Shown here piece after piece: positions 1 through 11,074 of a stretch of 48,653 nt of DNA; position 1 is the stretch's first letter; every line of letters starts with the position of its first letter. Under the pieces are notes generated by a model, which saw nothing but the letters and a program-made list of their open reading frames with translations, ran no database searches and was not told the origin of the DNA. The DNA is from Octopus bimaculoides (lineage: Eukaryota): positions 33,669,510 to 33,718,162 of the forward strand of contig NC_068995.1 of assembly GCF_001194135.2 (NCBI RefSeq), in the 5' to 3' direction. The translations under genes and the position numbers were made by a program.

Positions 1-260
1 TGTCTCTTTCTTGCTGGCCAGCGATTGAGCAAGGACGTGTTTAGCTGTCTCTCTCCATCTTTCGAACTTACGCTAGACAGCTCGCTCACATCTACATACC
101 AACGTCCCAACAACCATGCTCACACACACAGAAGCTGTAACAACAAACAAGAGCTAAAGATGTATATTTACCACCTGAATAAATGTTGTATAAGTTGATA
201 GTCTGGAGTTCAGCGTTCCGTTATAATTTCTTAATTTTATATAAGAAAGTCAGGTATACA
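1..260 (+). mobile_element. 3' part of a probable LTR cut by the window edge
   Basis: AATAAA at about 178 and a ...GGTATACA end at 260, abutting Helitron coding remnants. Confidence 0.4.
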
Positions 261-823
261 TCTAATGATGTATAACCCACTTTCCTATACTGCTAAGGAA
301 TTTAGATGCTGCAATAATGTGCAATGGTACGCGGATGATTATCAAAAAATTGTGCTCCCGAGTTCTTGAATGAACCGACCGCTGGCTAAGACATACTACC
401 ATCAAACTCTGCTTTCCCATGACAATTAACAAGGCGCAGGGACAATCAGTGCAAGCGGTTGGTTTGAATCTGACAGAGCAAGTATTCTCACACGCACAAC
501 TGTACGTTGGCTGTCCCCATGGTCTTTCTATTTGTGCACCCGAGGGAAGGACGAAGAATATTGTCTACCAAGAGGCACTCCAATGATAACAACGGCAACT
601 TCAACTGCTCCAATTTCAACTCCGCAATTTTTTCATCGTCCTGCCAGCCCACGTACGTCCAGTCTTGCTGTGCTCTCCTTACTAACTCACCATGACATCC
701 TTTTTTTTCTACCAAGATCCGTCACCCGAACACCACTTCGTATCCACTTCTTCCTCTTTTTTATGTCTTCGTTTCTCTCTTCGCGTTGTTCTCTGACCGG
801 GTGAAACCGGGCTTAGCTGCTAG
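261..823 (+). mobile_element. Helitron 3' fragment: Pif1-like helicase C-terminus and 3' terminus
   Basis: Translates to MCNGTR and IKLCFPMTINKAQGQSVQAVGLNLTEQVFSHAQLYVG...KNIVYQEALQ* (401-586). Terminal hairpin CCGG-GTGAAA-CCGG (797-810), then CTAG (820-823) followed by T. Confidence 0.85.
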
Positions 824-1066
824 TATGTGTGTGTGTGTGTGTAAATTAAAACAGTAAGGTAAAAAATTATTGGATATTAATTAATATCAATTTAATACCA
901 TGGAACTGGCACATTGAAAGAATCAGGAGATTCAGAAAAATTATCTGAGATCGCAAAGGATTATTGTATATGTATATATAAAGGAGACCACAAGGTGGAC
1001 AGCTAATGTGCTAGAACAATGTGATCTTCTTCTAGCACATTAGCCGTCCACCTAGTGGTCTTCTTT

Positions 1067-1099
<33 letters not shown>

Positions 1100-1189
1100 T
1101 GTATATATATATATATATATGTGTGTATGTATGTATATATATACATATATATGTTATATATATATGTGTGTGTGTTTTTGATATTCTTT

Positions 1190-1456
1190 CAGAGCAAGTT
1201 GTTTTACATCTATTACACTATTTTTCTTTTGTTTCTTGGCTCCGGTGAGGCGCCTCGGAACATTCACGATGTGAATGTTCCCAGCCCTCTCCCCACGAGC
1301 TCTCTCCGCGGGCGCGCATTTTTTTCTTCATATTCGTTCCCAGCAAGTTGTTTCACACCTATTAGACTAATTTTTAAAAAATTTTGTCACCGGGTCAAAC
1401 GCTTTAGTACCTATTAGACTAATTTTTTTTTATTGCCACCGGGTCAAACGCTCTAG
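1190..1456 (+). mobile_element. Probable non-autonomous Helitron-like piece with a tandemly duplicated 3' end
   Basis: Two about 50-bp copies of ACCTATTAGACTAATTTTT...CACCGGGTCAAACGCT(T/C)TAGT (1357-1408, 1409-1457) resembling the Helitron end at 796-824; 11-bp-stem hairpin at 1257-1281. Confidence 0.4.
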
Positions 1457-3156
1457 TTTGACCGATTCTTTACTCACAAAATTTAGCATTACTTAATATA
1501 TTAGATCAGTCAATTGCTTGCGGTGGGACATAATTTTTCTAGGTTTTGCATGTGTAACAGCAATGATGTTGGTTGGTTAAGGTGGAATCAGTGGTCACCA
1601 GTGTAACGGTTGTTGTTGCAGATGTGCAAGATGAACGAAGAACAGTGATTAAAGTTGTAAAGAAATATTTATTTACCTTTACTTTATATATATCCAAAAT
1701 CACGACGGGTTGGGATGTATAATTAGTAAATCGAAAAACATGCGAGATAAAAAGAATTAATTTTGGCCGGTGTGTACACGTTCTTATTGTAGTAGTAAAC
1801 CACAGATAGTGATAGAATGATGTTGTAAGAGAAAAGAAATTGAGCTAGTGAAAATTATAGAGACATTATGTCTCATAGTTAGCTGGTTGTAACCTTCTTT
1901 CTCCCTCTGGCCGTTTGTCATTAGTGGCAGCCTGCTTATGGCCATGACTAGTTGGTCTTTGTTGACTAACTAATTTCTTTTATTCGGCACACAGGTCATG
2001 ACACGGAGGGGACAATACAAGGACATAACAGAAACATTTAGGGGCTGAAATTGAATGAATCTACACAGTACAATGAAATCGAAATGAATTTTAAAATTAT
2101 ACGTTGATATATTTTTCGTGTTCGTGTTCGACCCGCCGGTTTTTTCCCTTTTTTTAAAAACATTTTATAATACCCCTTTTTTTTATTGTTCCTTCCGCCT
2201 TTCCCGTTCAGACTGGCTACACTAGCGCGGCCCCATTCACTCTCAATTTCCTTACGACATTTGTCTATCTTTTCTCAAACGCTCTTCGAGGCAGGCATCT
2301 TTTCTCCAGACTGATTTTTCCGGACAGGTGGTAGTTAAAAAAACTAACCAACCCGTGTCCAGAGATAAAGTTGCCTGCCTCAATTCCTCTTCCACGTGTC
2401 ACCCGTACTGTCTCTTTCAATACGGCTACTACACAAAAAAATGACGCCTCCTTATCCTTGTTAAAGGAGGGAGATGGCACAATCTTGATGATAGACTCAG
2501 TCGATAACCGTACTCTTTCCGTATCTGACACCAGTTATTCGATATAGGTTATCAGTCCCCTTAGTTCCTCACAATGTACGAAGGTGTGCGTGACAGTTTC
2601 ACTGACACGCCCGCACCTCGGGCATGTGGGTGAGATACCAGCACCATGCCTTGACAACCTCTCTCGAACTGGCAGAGCCGATCGGTAGCACAACCAGGTC
2701 AGGGATTTCTGGAAGTTGTTCAGATAACCCGGCCCGAATGTTCTTCCGAACAGGTTGACAAACTGTTCCTCGTCGAAGCCTACAGTCTCCCCCAGGACGT
2801 CGTCGGACATGTGCTCTACCACCCCGCTATAAAAATCCACAGTGGTAACCCTGCTGCCGGTATTACTCGCTCGGGAGAACAGAGTGAGTGCATGTTTGCA
2901 CTCCTTCTGCCATTCGCTCATTTTCGGTCCCCACGTGAGCCATGCGCCTACGTCCTGCAGGGACGTCAACTGTGACAGGAAGAACTTGACATGCAGTGAT
3001 CACACCTGCTCACCATCCAGGTAGAGCCAGAGGTATCTCAGCCTCAGCGCATATGTGCGCATCATCAGCTAAGGTATCCCTAACCCACCCTATAACGGTT
3101 TCTGGCAGCAAATGGAGCGCCTCACAAGTGGTGGTTTCCCATTCCACAAAAAGCGG

Positions 3157-4814
3157 TGTAAAAATTAACACTTCCTTCTCCATGCCTAGATTCGAAACCG
3201 AGTCTAAGAATTCTCGTTCGTCCAGACACCACGATCAACAGGCGCGAAAAACGGTTTTGTAAGGACCGTGCAATCAGGAGAGATGACGATGAATGGCTCC
3301 TTTAGTCGATACAAATAAAAATATGAAAATAGAATAAATGAGTATAAGTGCCAGAGGGAAAAGAGAAACACAACCAGTCGAAGGTTTAAGAGAAGATTTT
3401 ATTGATATATCAACTTGTGCGTCTGTGTGTGTGAGTGCGACATATAAACATAATAATAGACAGGCCGTCATGTGAACAAAGTGTATGTGTATACAAACAT
3501 GGATGTATGCGTGTGTGAGAAATACAGAGCATAGAAAAGAGTCTATAATGAAGTTAGAAGAATGTCCAGACACAAGGATGATGAAATACCAGTTTGTATT
3601 GAAGGTACACAGTGGTTGAGATGCTGTAACAAGAAGTTGAGGCTGCGTAGCAGAGCCGGGGAGAGGCACATGTCGTGAGAGGTTGTAGCTTCAATGCTGC
3701 TGCCGGTTACTTGGTACAGGAGTTCTCACAGGTTGTATTTGCTGTTATCCATGGTGAAGTAATTCACAAACAGTGTGGAGATAGAGCCTGTGCGAGCGTT
3801 GCAGGTGGTGTGTACGTAGAGTAGTTTGTGTAGTTAAGAAAATTGAGGTCTGTAAGCTGCTGAACGAAGTGTTGACGATTCTCCATGTGGCTGCTGTGGT
3901 GTCGTCGCTGGAACTGGCTGTGTGCTCTGAGGTCAGCGGCTAGACCTAAGAAGGTCTAGAGCCAAGACTGACAAACTGTGACGGTGAGAGGCTTGCTTTT
4001 ATAACATACTGTCGGCTCAAACTGGGGTTCAGAAAAAACTGTCTCGTGCGACCTTATCTGAAGTCTGCGATTGGTTGGGTTGCATATTGGCGCGCAATAG
4101 AACATGAGACAAAATGCACCAATACCAACCAATCAGAATGGTGGACACAACAAGGTCCAAGAGTGCGGCCGAAGGCTAGCTGTTATCCACTAAGTCCGTA
4201 TCCATGTATATGTAACAGAGAGAGAGAGAGAGAGAGAGAAAAGTATCCCTTAAGGCGTACGCTACAAAGGTTTTCTTTGTCCTGTCAAAAAGTGATTGAT
4301 CATCTCCCTTCGACCTATGACCTCAGCCATGTCAGGCGAAGTTCAAATGGACAGAAGCTAACCTATTTAGGCACAATCTCTGCTGTAGTATGTCTATCGT
4401 TCTAGCTGGCATAATTGTTATAAATACGGTGGTCAGCAGAGGGACAGACAGACAGGCTTAGGAGGCAGAAACGAGAAAGGTCTACGACACAGAAAAGAAG
4501 GTTTTCGCAGACCGCAGAGACCCAGAGAAATGTACGAAGTTTCACGGTAGACTACTGTCTCAGATGAACTACGCGCGCACGCACACACACATACAGCAAA
4601 CATATTCATTTCTGACAAATCACCTCCACAGATGTGTCCTGTTTCTATTTCTAGCAACTCGTAGTAGTTGTAGTGAAGAATTATGTGTACTAACGACAAA
4701 TTAAGTCCAGGGAATAAATTATTTTAACTATGAATCGATTCATTCATTTGCTTACTTCAAAGGTATCCACATTCCTATCGCATTTGTTCACCTGATACAC
4801 ATCTAACCACTACA
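3157..4814 (+). mobile_element. Solo LTR (family C), about 650 bp, split by a nested LTR
   Basis: Ends TGTAAAA...CACTACA with TSD GCGG/GTGG (3153-3156, 4815-4818). Removing it restores LINE codons CTT TTC CGC TTT TTG TGG (LFRFLW). TATA-like at about 4398, AATAAA at about 4712. Confidence 0.7.
3258..4266 (-). mobile_element. Solo LTR (family A, copy U1) nested in LTR C
   Basis: TGTAAGGACCGTGC...GCGTACGCTACA; homologous along its length to 6005-7979; minus-strand CCAAT boxes, TATA and AATAAA in LTR order. No exact TSD. Confidence 0.75.
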
Positions 4815-6004
4815 GTGGAAAAGGATCCGTTCCAGCTTGATCAGTCAGACCCCGGGGCAAGGCCGAGAGACACGGGCCACCGGCCAGGAAATCCCGAAGG
4901 GCATCCCCATGGTTCAGAGCCCCGCCCCTCCCGAACAACACAGCGAAATGCTCCTGAAAGGCCTTAAACACTCTTCCTGTCCTTGTTCATTTATCACAGA
5001 CCTTATTGTAGCATCTACGCCACGTTGGTTTTCTACTGAGCGAGCCCACCCGGCAACGTTGATACCCTCGCGACTCAGTGCACGTACTTTAGCCCGGACC
5101 TGCAACGTTCGTGTTTGGCATTGAGGTGTCGGTCCAAGGCCGATCTCGCCGTCAAAACTTGGGGTGCAGAGCCCACTCTCAACGCCTCTTCTAATGCCTT
5201 AACTAGAGACCCTTCTACTCTAGATTTAACTGTTTGCTAAATCTAATAGACTCAGGTCGAATGACTCTTTTGAGGCCAACCCACTCCCGGTTATTCAATA
5301 CGGTACCAGGGAGTGCCTTCATGACTAACTTCTTAATCTGGTTACGGTATGTTTCGCAAGCCAATAGGGTCTTGTTCAATTTCCAGTAACCAGATCTCTG
5401 TCTACGGACTTTATATGTACCCTACACGTCACTAATTTGTGATCCGTATAGAGTATATGAGTAAATTGTGGATAGCTAAAGGAGAACCTATCTCTGGTAT
5501 TCACTACTATCCTGTCCATATAAGACCTGCGAGATCCGTCGTTATTACTCCATGTCCACATTGGAACGCTTGGATTCTCAAATCTGAATCGATCCGCCAG
5601 CCTAAATCGCTTCAGCAGATCGATGAGGCGTGAGTTATTTATTCTATCGGTCAAGCCAACGTTATCCAAGCGTGCGTCCAGAACAACGTAAAGTCTCCTA
5701 ACATTACTATCGTCCTTGACGTCTCAAGAAACTTCTCCAGGCGTCGATAGAACTCACTCCGTTTGCCTGCTGTGCAAGGCGCATAAGTACCTATCAACCT
5801 GAAGGTCTTACCACTGAAAGTCAGATCCAGAACGACCGAATCACCTTCTGGATCTACAAAGACTGCGTGTGTCTGCAAAACCAAGCTTTTTCGGATCAAA
5901 ACCACAACTACACCCCTCCCCTGTCTGACTAGGCGACATCATTTTCTCATAATCTTTCAGGAGGTTTGAGAAGGCCTGCAGCTTGTCCAACTTGGTCTCT
6001 GTAG

Positions 6005-7979
6005 TGTAAACGACCGTGCAAAATGAGGTGACGAGAATGGCTCCTTTGCACATCACACAGTCGATGCAATAAATATGAAAAGAATAAATGCGTATATGTG
6101 CCAGAATGAAAAGAGAGACACAACCGGGTAGAATGTTTAAGAGAACATTTTATTTATATGTTAACATGTGTGTGCGTCATATATACATAATCATAGACAG
6201 ACCGTCACGAGAACAAAGTGTGTGTGAACAAACATGGATGTATGCGTGTGCGATAAGTACAGAGCATTGAAAGAGTCTATAAGATGACGTTAGAATAATG
6301 TTCAGATACAAGGATGATAAATACCAGTTCGTAGTCAAGGTACACGATAGCTGAAATGCTGTATCAAGAAATTGTGGCTGTAATGCAGAGCCGGATGAGG
6401 TACTGTCGTGCAAGAAGTTGTGGCTACGAAGCTGCTGCCGGTCACTTGGTACAGGAAGTTCTCGTAGGTTGTATTTGCTGTTAACCATGGTGAAGTGATT
6501 CACAAACTGTGTTGTGTTGGAACCTGTGCGAGCGTTGCTTGTTGCTGTGTACTTAGAGAGATGATGTTGATGTTAGGACGAATGGTGGCGACAGAGATGG
6601 AGGTACTGAATGTTGCTGGATGAAGTTGATTAGTCTCCATGTGGCTGTTGCGTTGTTGTCGCTGGAACTGACTGTGTCCAGTGGCTAGACCTTAAAAGGT
6701 CTGGAACTGAAAGACCTCGACTTGATGTGAAGCTAGAGTTTTGTAGAGAATGACCGTGCAAACCAAGGAGATGGCGACGAACGGAAGAGGCTCCTTTTAA
6801 CGCGTCGCACGGTCGACACAAAACATGTAATATAACATAAGAGGGCTCGCATGTGAGATGCGAGGAAAGAGAAAGACACAACCTTTAGATATATATATAT
6901 AAAGAGTAAGTTTTATTAGGGTAGTCAACTGTGTGTGCGTGTATGCGGCAATATAAGTAACACGATATAGAAGACAGGCCGTCGTGTACAAGAGTATGTA
7001 TACAATAATATGTGTGTATGTGTGTGAATGAGAAATACAGAGCATGGAATAAGAGTCTGTAACACAGTAGATAAGCGTCCTGAACAAAGATAAAAAAGTA
7101 CCACTTCATAGAAGAGTTACACAGTAGGTAGAATGTCTGTACACAAGAGGTCGTGGCTTCTAGGCAGAGCTGAAGTGTCACATGTCGTGAGTGAAGTTGA
7201 GGCTTCCATGCCGAGCCGGTTACTTGGTACAGAAGATTCTCGCAGGTTGTTCTGGCTGTTATTTTCGAGGTGGAAACAATCCACACAGTGTTGAGAAGTA
7301 ACCGCGGTTGCTGTTGGTAGTGTGTACGCTGGCAACGTGATTGTAGAAGACAGTAGATCGCTGGTGTTGACGTCGTTGCTGGAAACTGGCTGGAGCTGTG
7401 TTCTGTGAGATGGTCAACGACCAGACCTGTAAGAGGTCTAAAGCCGAGACAAACTGGCGTGGATAAAGCAGGGCTATTTATAGTTAAAAAGGGGCTCCAG
7501 AAACAGCAGAAAAACACTCTCTCACGTGACCTTATCAGAAGGCCACGATTGGTCTGTATGCACCCTGGCGCGAAACAGAACTGGAGACAATTGCCGCGCA
7601 AATAAGAGCCAATCAGGGTGATGGACACAGCAGGGTTCAAGCGGGCCGAAGGCTAGATGTTAGCCGCTACGTTCGCATTTGTAAATAAATACCCGAGAGA
7701 AAGGTTTCACTACGGTTTTATACGGTGCAGTCGGCTCACCAGAAGTTTAGAAGAGACTGTCTCACGTGACCTTATCAGAAGGCTGCGATTGGTTGGGTTG
7801 CATATTGGCGCGCAATAGAGCAAGAGACAAATTGCGCCAATACCAACCAATCAGAGTAGTGGACACAACAAGGTCCAAAAGGGCGGCCGAAGGCTAGCTG
7901 TTATCTACTACGTCCATATTTATGTATATATAACAGAGAGAGAGAGAGAGAGAGGAATTTCCCTCAAGCGTACGCTACA
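6005..7979 (-). mobile_element. Solo LTR (family A, copy U2) in the LINE endonuclease, containing nested U3
   Basis: TGTAAACGACCGTGC...GCGTACGCTACA; TSD GTAG/ATAG. Excision restores in-frame ATG GTT GCT ACA GAG ACC AAG (MVATETK). Confidence 0.85.
6742..7714 (-). mobile_element. Solo LTR (family B, copy U3) nested in U2
   Basis: TGTAGAGAATGACCGTGC...TTCACTAC(G); perfect TSD GTTT (6738-6741, 7715-7718); homologous to 9297-10204. Confidence 0.85.
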
Positions 7980-8117
7980 ATAGCAACCATAATATCAATT
8001 TTATGTGACCTGAGGTCGTCGAGGAAAGAGGCTTGCTTCCACTTCGAACTCAGGCCACGCACATTGAGACAACCTACAAGTAGCGCAGCCCTGACAAAAA
8101 CGGGAAAAGAAGGAAAT

Positions 8118-8732
8118 CTACTTACATTTTAATCTACTGGTATCATTCTCAGCACTGGTGCGGCTGGTTTCTTTAGGAAATCTATTCTTGAAGTCCTTGT
8201 AAAGTTCTCTAGGGATCTTCGCAATGCTATTCGGACTTTTACTGTTATTCGTTTGGTATATTTTGCTTTGTAAGTGGGGTTTAATTACCCCCATCATTGA
8301 GTTATTGGTGTTCTTGAATACCACTGTGGTCATTTCCTTTTTGGGCATAGGTTTGTCTATTTTTATCGTCATAAATGTTTTATCTTTTTGCTGTTTTTTT
8401 TCCTCCGGGTTACTACTTTTTCCCCTTTCTTTGGTTTTCGGAGCTGTCTCTTTAGTAGGCGACTCCACTGCTTTCTTTCGCCTTTTTCGCGACATTCCTT
8501 CTACTGACGGTATCGCTTCGACTGGATTTTCTATTTGTTCTGATTCAGTGGCAGCCTTCTGCGTAATAGCCTCCGTGGCTGAGGGCGCCTCCTCTTCTAC
8601 ATTTTCTTCCTGTTCCTTCTCCCGTACTTCTTGTTCCTTCTGCTGTGCTTTTTTCTGTTGGGGACAATTCGTGCCCAGGTGCTCCATTTTTCCGCATTTG
8701 AAGCACCTGGGCTTCTTCCCCTTTACATGCAT
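8118..8732 (-). pseudogene. LINE ORF1 C-terminal part with zinc knuckle
   Basis: CFKCGKMEHLGTNC = C-x2-C-x4-H-x4-C, followed by a Lys/Glu-rich tail, directly upstream of the ORF2 start. Confidence 0.85.
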
Positions 8733-9018
8733 CTCTGTTCACTAACTGATTTTGTCTTACCAAATTTATAACTATGCAAAACCAGCTAGCAGGATAGACA
8801 TATTGTTGAGAACAATAGATTTCGTTGGGGGTACCTGTTATCTCTATTCTAGCTTTTGGTGAAATAGAAGAAGTTAGAAGGGTCAAGTAGCAAAGACGTT
8901 ATTCTGCTTAGCGATGGCATCTGGCAAATGTAGCTACTGTCACTCACAGAAAAAACTATTGTTTTACCGTGAGAAAAGTGCTGTTGAACGGTTAAGTGAA
9001 ATTTGGCGATCGAGGATA

Positions 9019-9193
9019 GCCGACCTGTGTCATTACAGATTAATTCCTGATAAGAGTAACATGGTTTACAATAGAGTGTACCGGGTTATCCCGGATCAGT
9101 GATGACTGAATGAATCAGTAATTAACTAGAATAGACGTATTAAATAGATTCTTAATTCTTCAGTGGATTCATCTAGCTTCCCCTCAGTTCACC
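9019..9193. repeat. 175-bp direct repeat, copy 1
   Basis: Base-for-base identical to 10650-10824 by manual comparison. Confidence 0.95.
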
Positions 9194-10649
9194 TGCATGA
9201 AGCCACAAGTCTTATACCAACATCAGCATGGCTTAGTATGATTTTGTATACGTTTGTTTTGACAGAAGAAGCCGCTTCCTTCAACAGTCTTGCATTTGTA
9301 ATAGAACGACCGTGCGATCCAAAGGAGATGGCGACGAACGGAGACGCTCCTTTTAACGCGTCGCACGGTCGCCACAAAAACATGTAATATGACATATGAA
9401 GGCTCGCTATGTGAGATGCGAGCAAGTGCCAGTAAAAGAAAGAGAGAGTGACAGACAACCGCTATATATATAAAGAGAGTAAGTTTATTAAGGTAGTCAA
9501 CTGTGTGTGCGTGCATGCGGCAATATAAGAAATACAATACAATACATATGACAGGCCTTCGTGTACAAGAGTGTGTATACAATAATATGTGTGTATGTGT
9601 GACTGAGAAATACAGAGCATAGAATAAGTGTTTGTAACAAAGGCTATAAGAGTCCTGAACACAAGATAAGAAAGTACCAGTTCATAGAAGAGTTTCACAC
9701 TAGATAGAATGTTCGTACGCAAGAAGTTGTGGCCGAAGAGCAGAGCTGGGGTGTCACATGTTGTGTGTGAAGTTGAGCGTCGATGCTGGACCGGTTACTT
9801 GGTACAGAAGATTCTCGCTGGTTGGTCTGGCTGTTCTTCGTGGTAGACAGTAGATCGGTGGTGGTGTTGGCGTCGTCGTTGGAAACTGGCTGGAGCTGTG
9901 TTCTGGTCTGCGACAAGACCTGTGAGAGGTCTGTTGTCGAGACTAACTGGCGTGGATCAAACAGGCTTATTTATAGATGAAAAAGGGCTCACCGGAAACA
10001 GGCAGAAACACTCTCACGTGACCTTATTAGAAGGCCACGATTGGACGGTATGCACCCTGGCGCGAAACAGAACTGGAGACAAATTGTGCGCAAATAAGAA
10101 CCAATCAGGGTGGTGGACACAAGGGTCCAGGGCAGCCGAAGGCTAGATGTTAGCCGCTACGTTATCATTTGTAAATGAATACCCGAGAGAGAGGTTTCAC
10201 TACACATCCATAAATACACTCTCTTTTCCATGGGCTGAATAAAATCATCTTTATGCACACAATTTACTGATCTAAGGGCAGCATCCGTGAATGCTTTCGT
10301 AATATCTTCACACGCCTTGTAAACGGAACGAATGATAGATTCATTGTTACCAAACTGACATCCCACAGCTGCGAAGCTTCAATCATTATATATTTTGTCA
10401 ACCATCTCCACCTTTTCTTGTAGAGAATTAACTCATCTACATCGTTTGTTAGGACCGGGTGCCTGTGTATTTTTCTGTTCACTGCTGGCATGTTGATGGG
10501 TACGTGTACGTAAATCCATTTTTAGAAATACGCAGTTTAGCTGTACGGTAATGTAAACAACAGTGATAATCAATGCCTTCTAGACAGCTGAATACTGCGG
10601 GTGGTCGTTGCATGTGCTTTTGTGGTTCAAGCAGAATTTTCAACTGATT
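9194..10649 (-). mobile_element. pogo/Tigger transposase N-terminal fragment (CENP-B-type HTH), interrupted by U4
   Basis: SLQEKVEMVDKIYND*SFAAVGCQFGNNESIIRSVYK...FIQPMEKRVYLW|MQDC*RKRLLLS matches the Tigger HTH_psq plus HTH_Tnp_Tc5 pattern, with stops. Confidence 0.7.
9297..10204 (-). mobile_element. Solo LTR (family B, copy U4) in a Tigger fragment
   Basis: TGTAATAGAACGACCGTGC...TTCACTACA; TSD CATT/CATC. Excision restores YLWMQDC. Confidence 0.85.
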
Positions 10650-10824
10650 GCCGACCTGTGTCATTACAGATTAATTCCTGATAAGAGTAACATGGTTTAC
10701 AATAGAGTGTACCGGGTTATCCCGGATCAGTGATGACTGAATGAATCAGTAATTAACTAGAATAGACGTATTAAATAGATTCTTAATTCTTCAGTGGATT
10801 CATCTAGCTTCCCCTCAGTTCACC
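10650..10824. repeat. 175-bp direct repeat, copy 2
   Basis: Identical to 9019-9193. Confidence 0.95.
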
Positions 10825-10860
10825 AACAATCACAATGCCTATTATTACCATTATTATTAA

Positions 10861-11061
10861 GGCGGCTAGCTGGCAGAATTGTTAGCATGCTGGAAGCAGC
10901 ATTTCATCTGTCCTTACATTTTAAGTTCAAATTCCGCCGAGGTTGACTTTGCCTTTCATCCTTTTGGGGTTGATAAATTAAGTACCAGTTGATTACTGGG
11001 ATCGATGTAATCTACATGTCCCCTTCTCCAAAATTGCTGCCATTATGCAAAATTTGAAACC
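10861..11061 (+). mobile_element. tRNA-derived SINE family 1 (head GGCGGC.AGCTGGCAGAAT)
   Basis: A-box-like TGGCAGAAT.GT, B-box-like GTTCAAATTCC, shared GTTGACTTTGCCTTTCATCC core, ATT-repeat flanks; recurs more than 12 times in the window. Confidence 0.8.
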
Positions 11062-11074
11062 ATTATTATTATTA

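Larger units (their letters stand above)
2177..8770 (-). mobile_element. Tx1/L1-clade LINE, degenerate, RT core deleted, interrupted by solo LTRs
   Basis: ORF1 with CCHC knuckle (8118-8732). APE endonuclease: GCLNVRGL...DIMVA|TETKL, MLGDF, SYMDRI, YTDHKLV (8080-7980, 6004-5376). Post-RT region LERILF|RFLWNG and C-terminal CPRCG...ETVTHTFVHC (3156-2265). A-rich 3' end at about 2177. Many stops and frameshifts. Confidence 0.9.

Noticed and set aside
1602-2003. Possible solo LTR (TGTAAC...CATGACA)
   Set aside because: No TSD, imperfect termini and no second copy in the window.
6177-7640. Long ORF-track ORFs (up to 251 aa) in the repeated 1-kb units
   Set aside because: They lie in solo LTRs, frames are not preserved between copies, and no domain is recognisable.
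8085-8117. Apparent splice acceptor replacing the start of Tx1 ORF2
   Set aside because: AGG GCT GCG CTA aligns with ATG GCC TCA CTT in the second copy, so it is simply a mutated ATG.
9100-9175. Hammerhead or Penelope pseudo-LTR interpretation of the 175-bp repeat (minus-strand CTGAAGA plus stem)
   Set aside because: No GAAA after the stem, no stems I/III, and no RT or GIY-YIG remnant nearby.
3157-10204. A full-length LTR retrotransposon formed by pairs of the LTRs
   Set aside because: Four of the five LTRs have their own TSD, and the sequence between them is LINE or Tigger, with no PBS, gag or pol.
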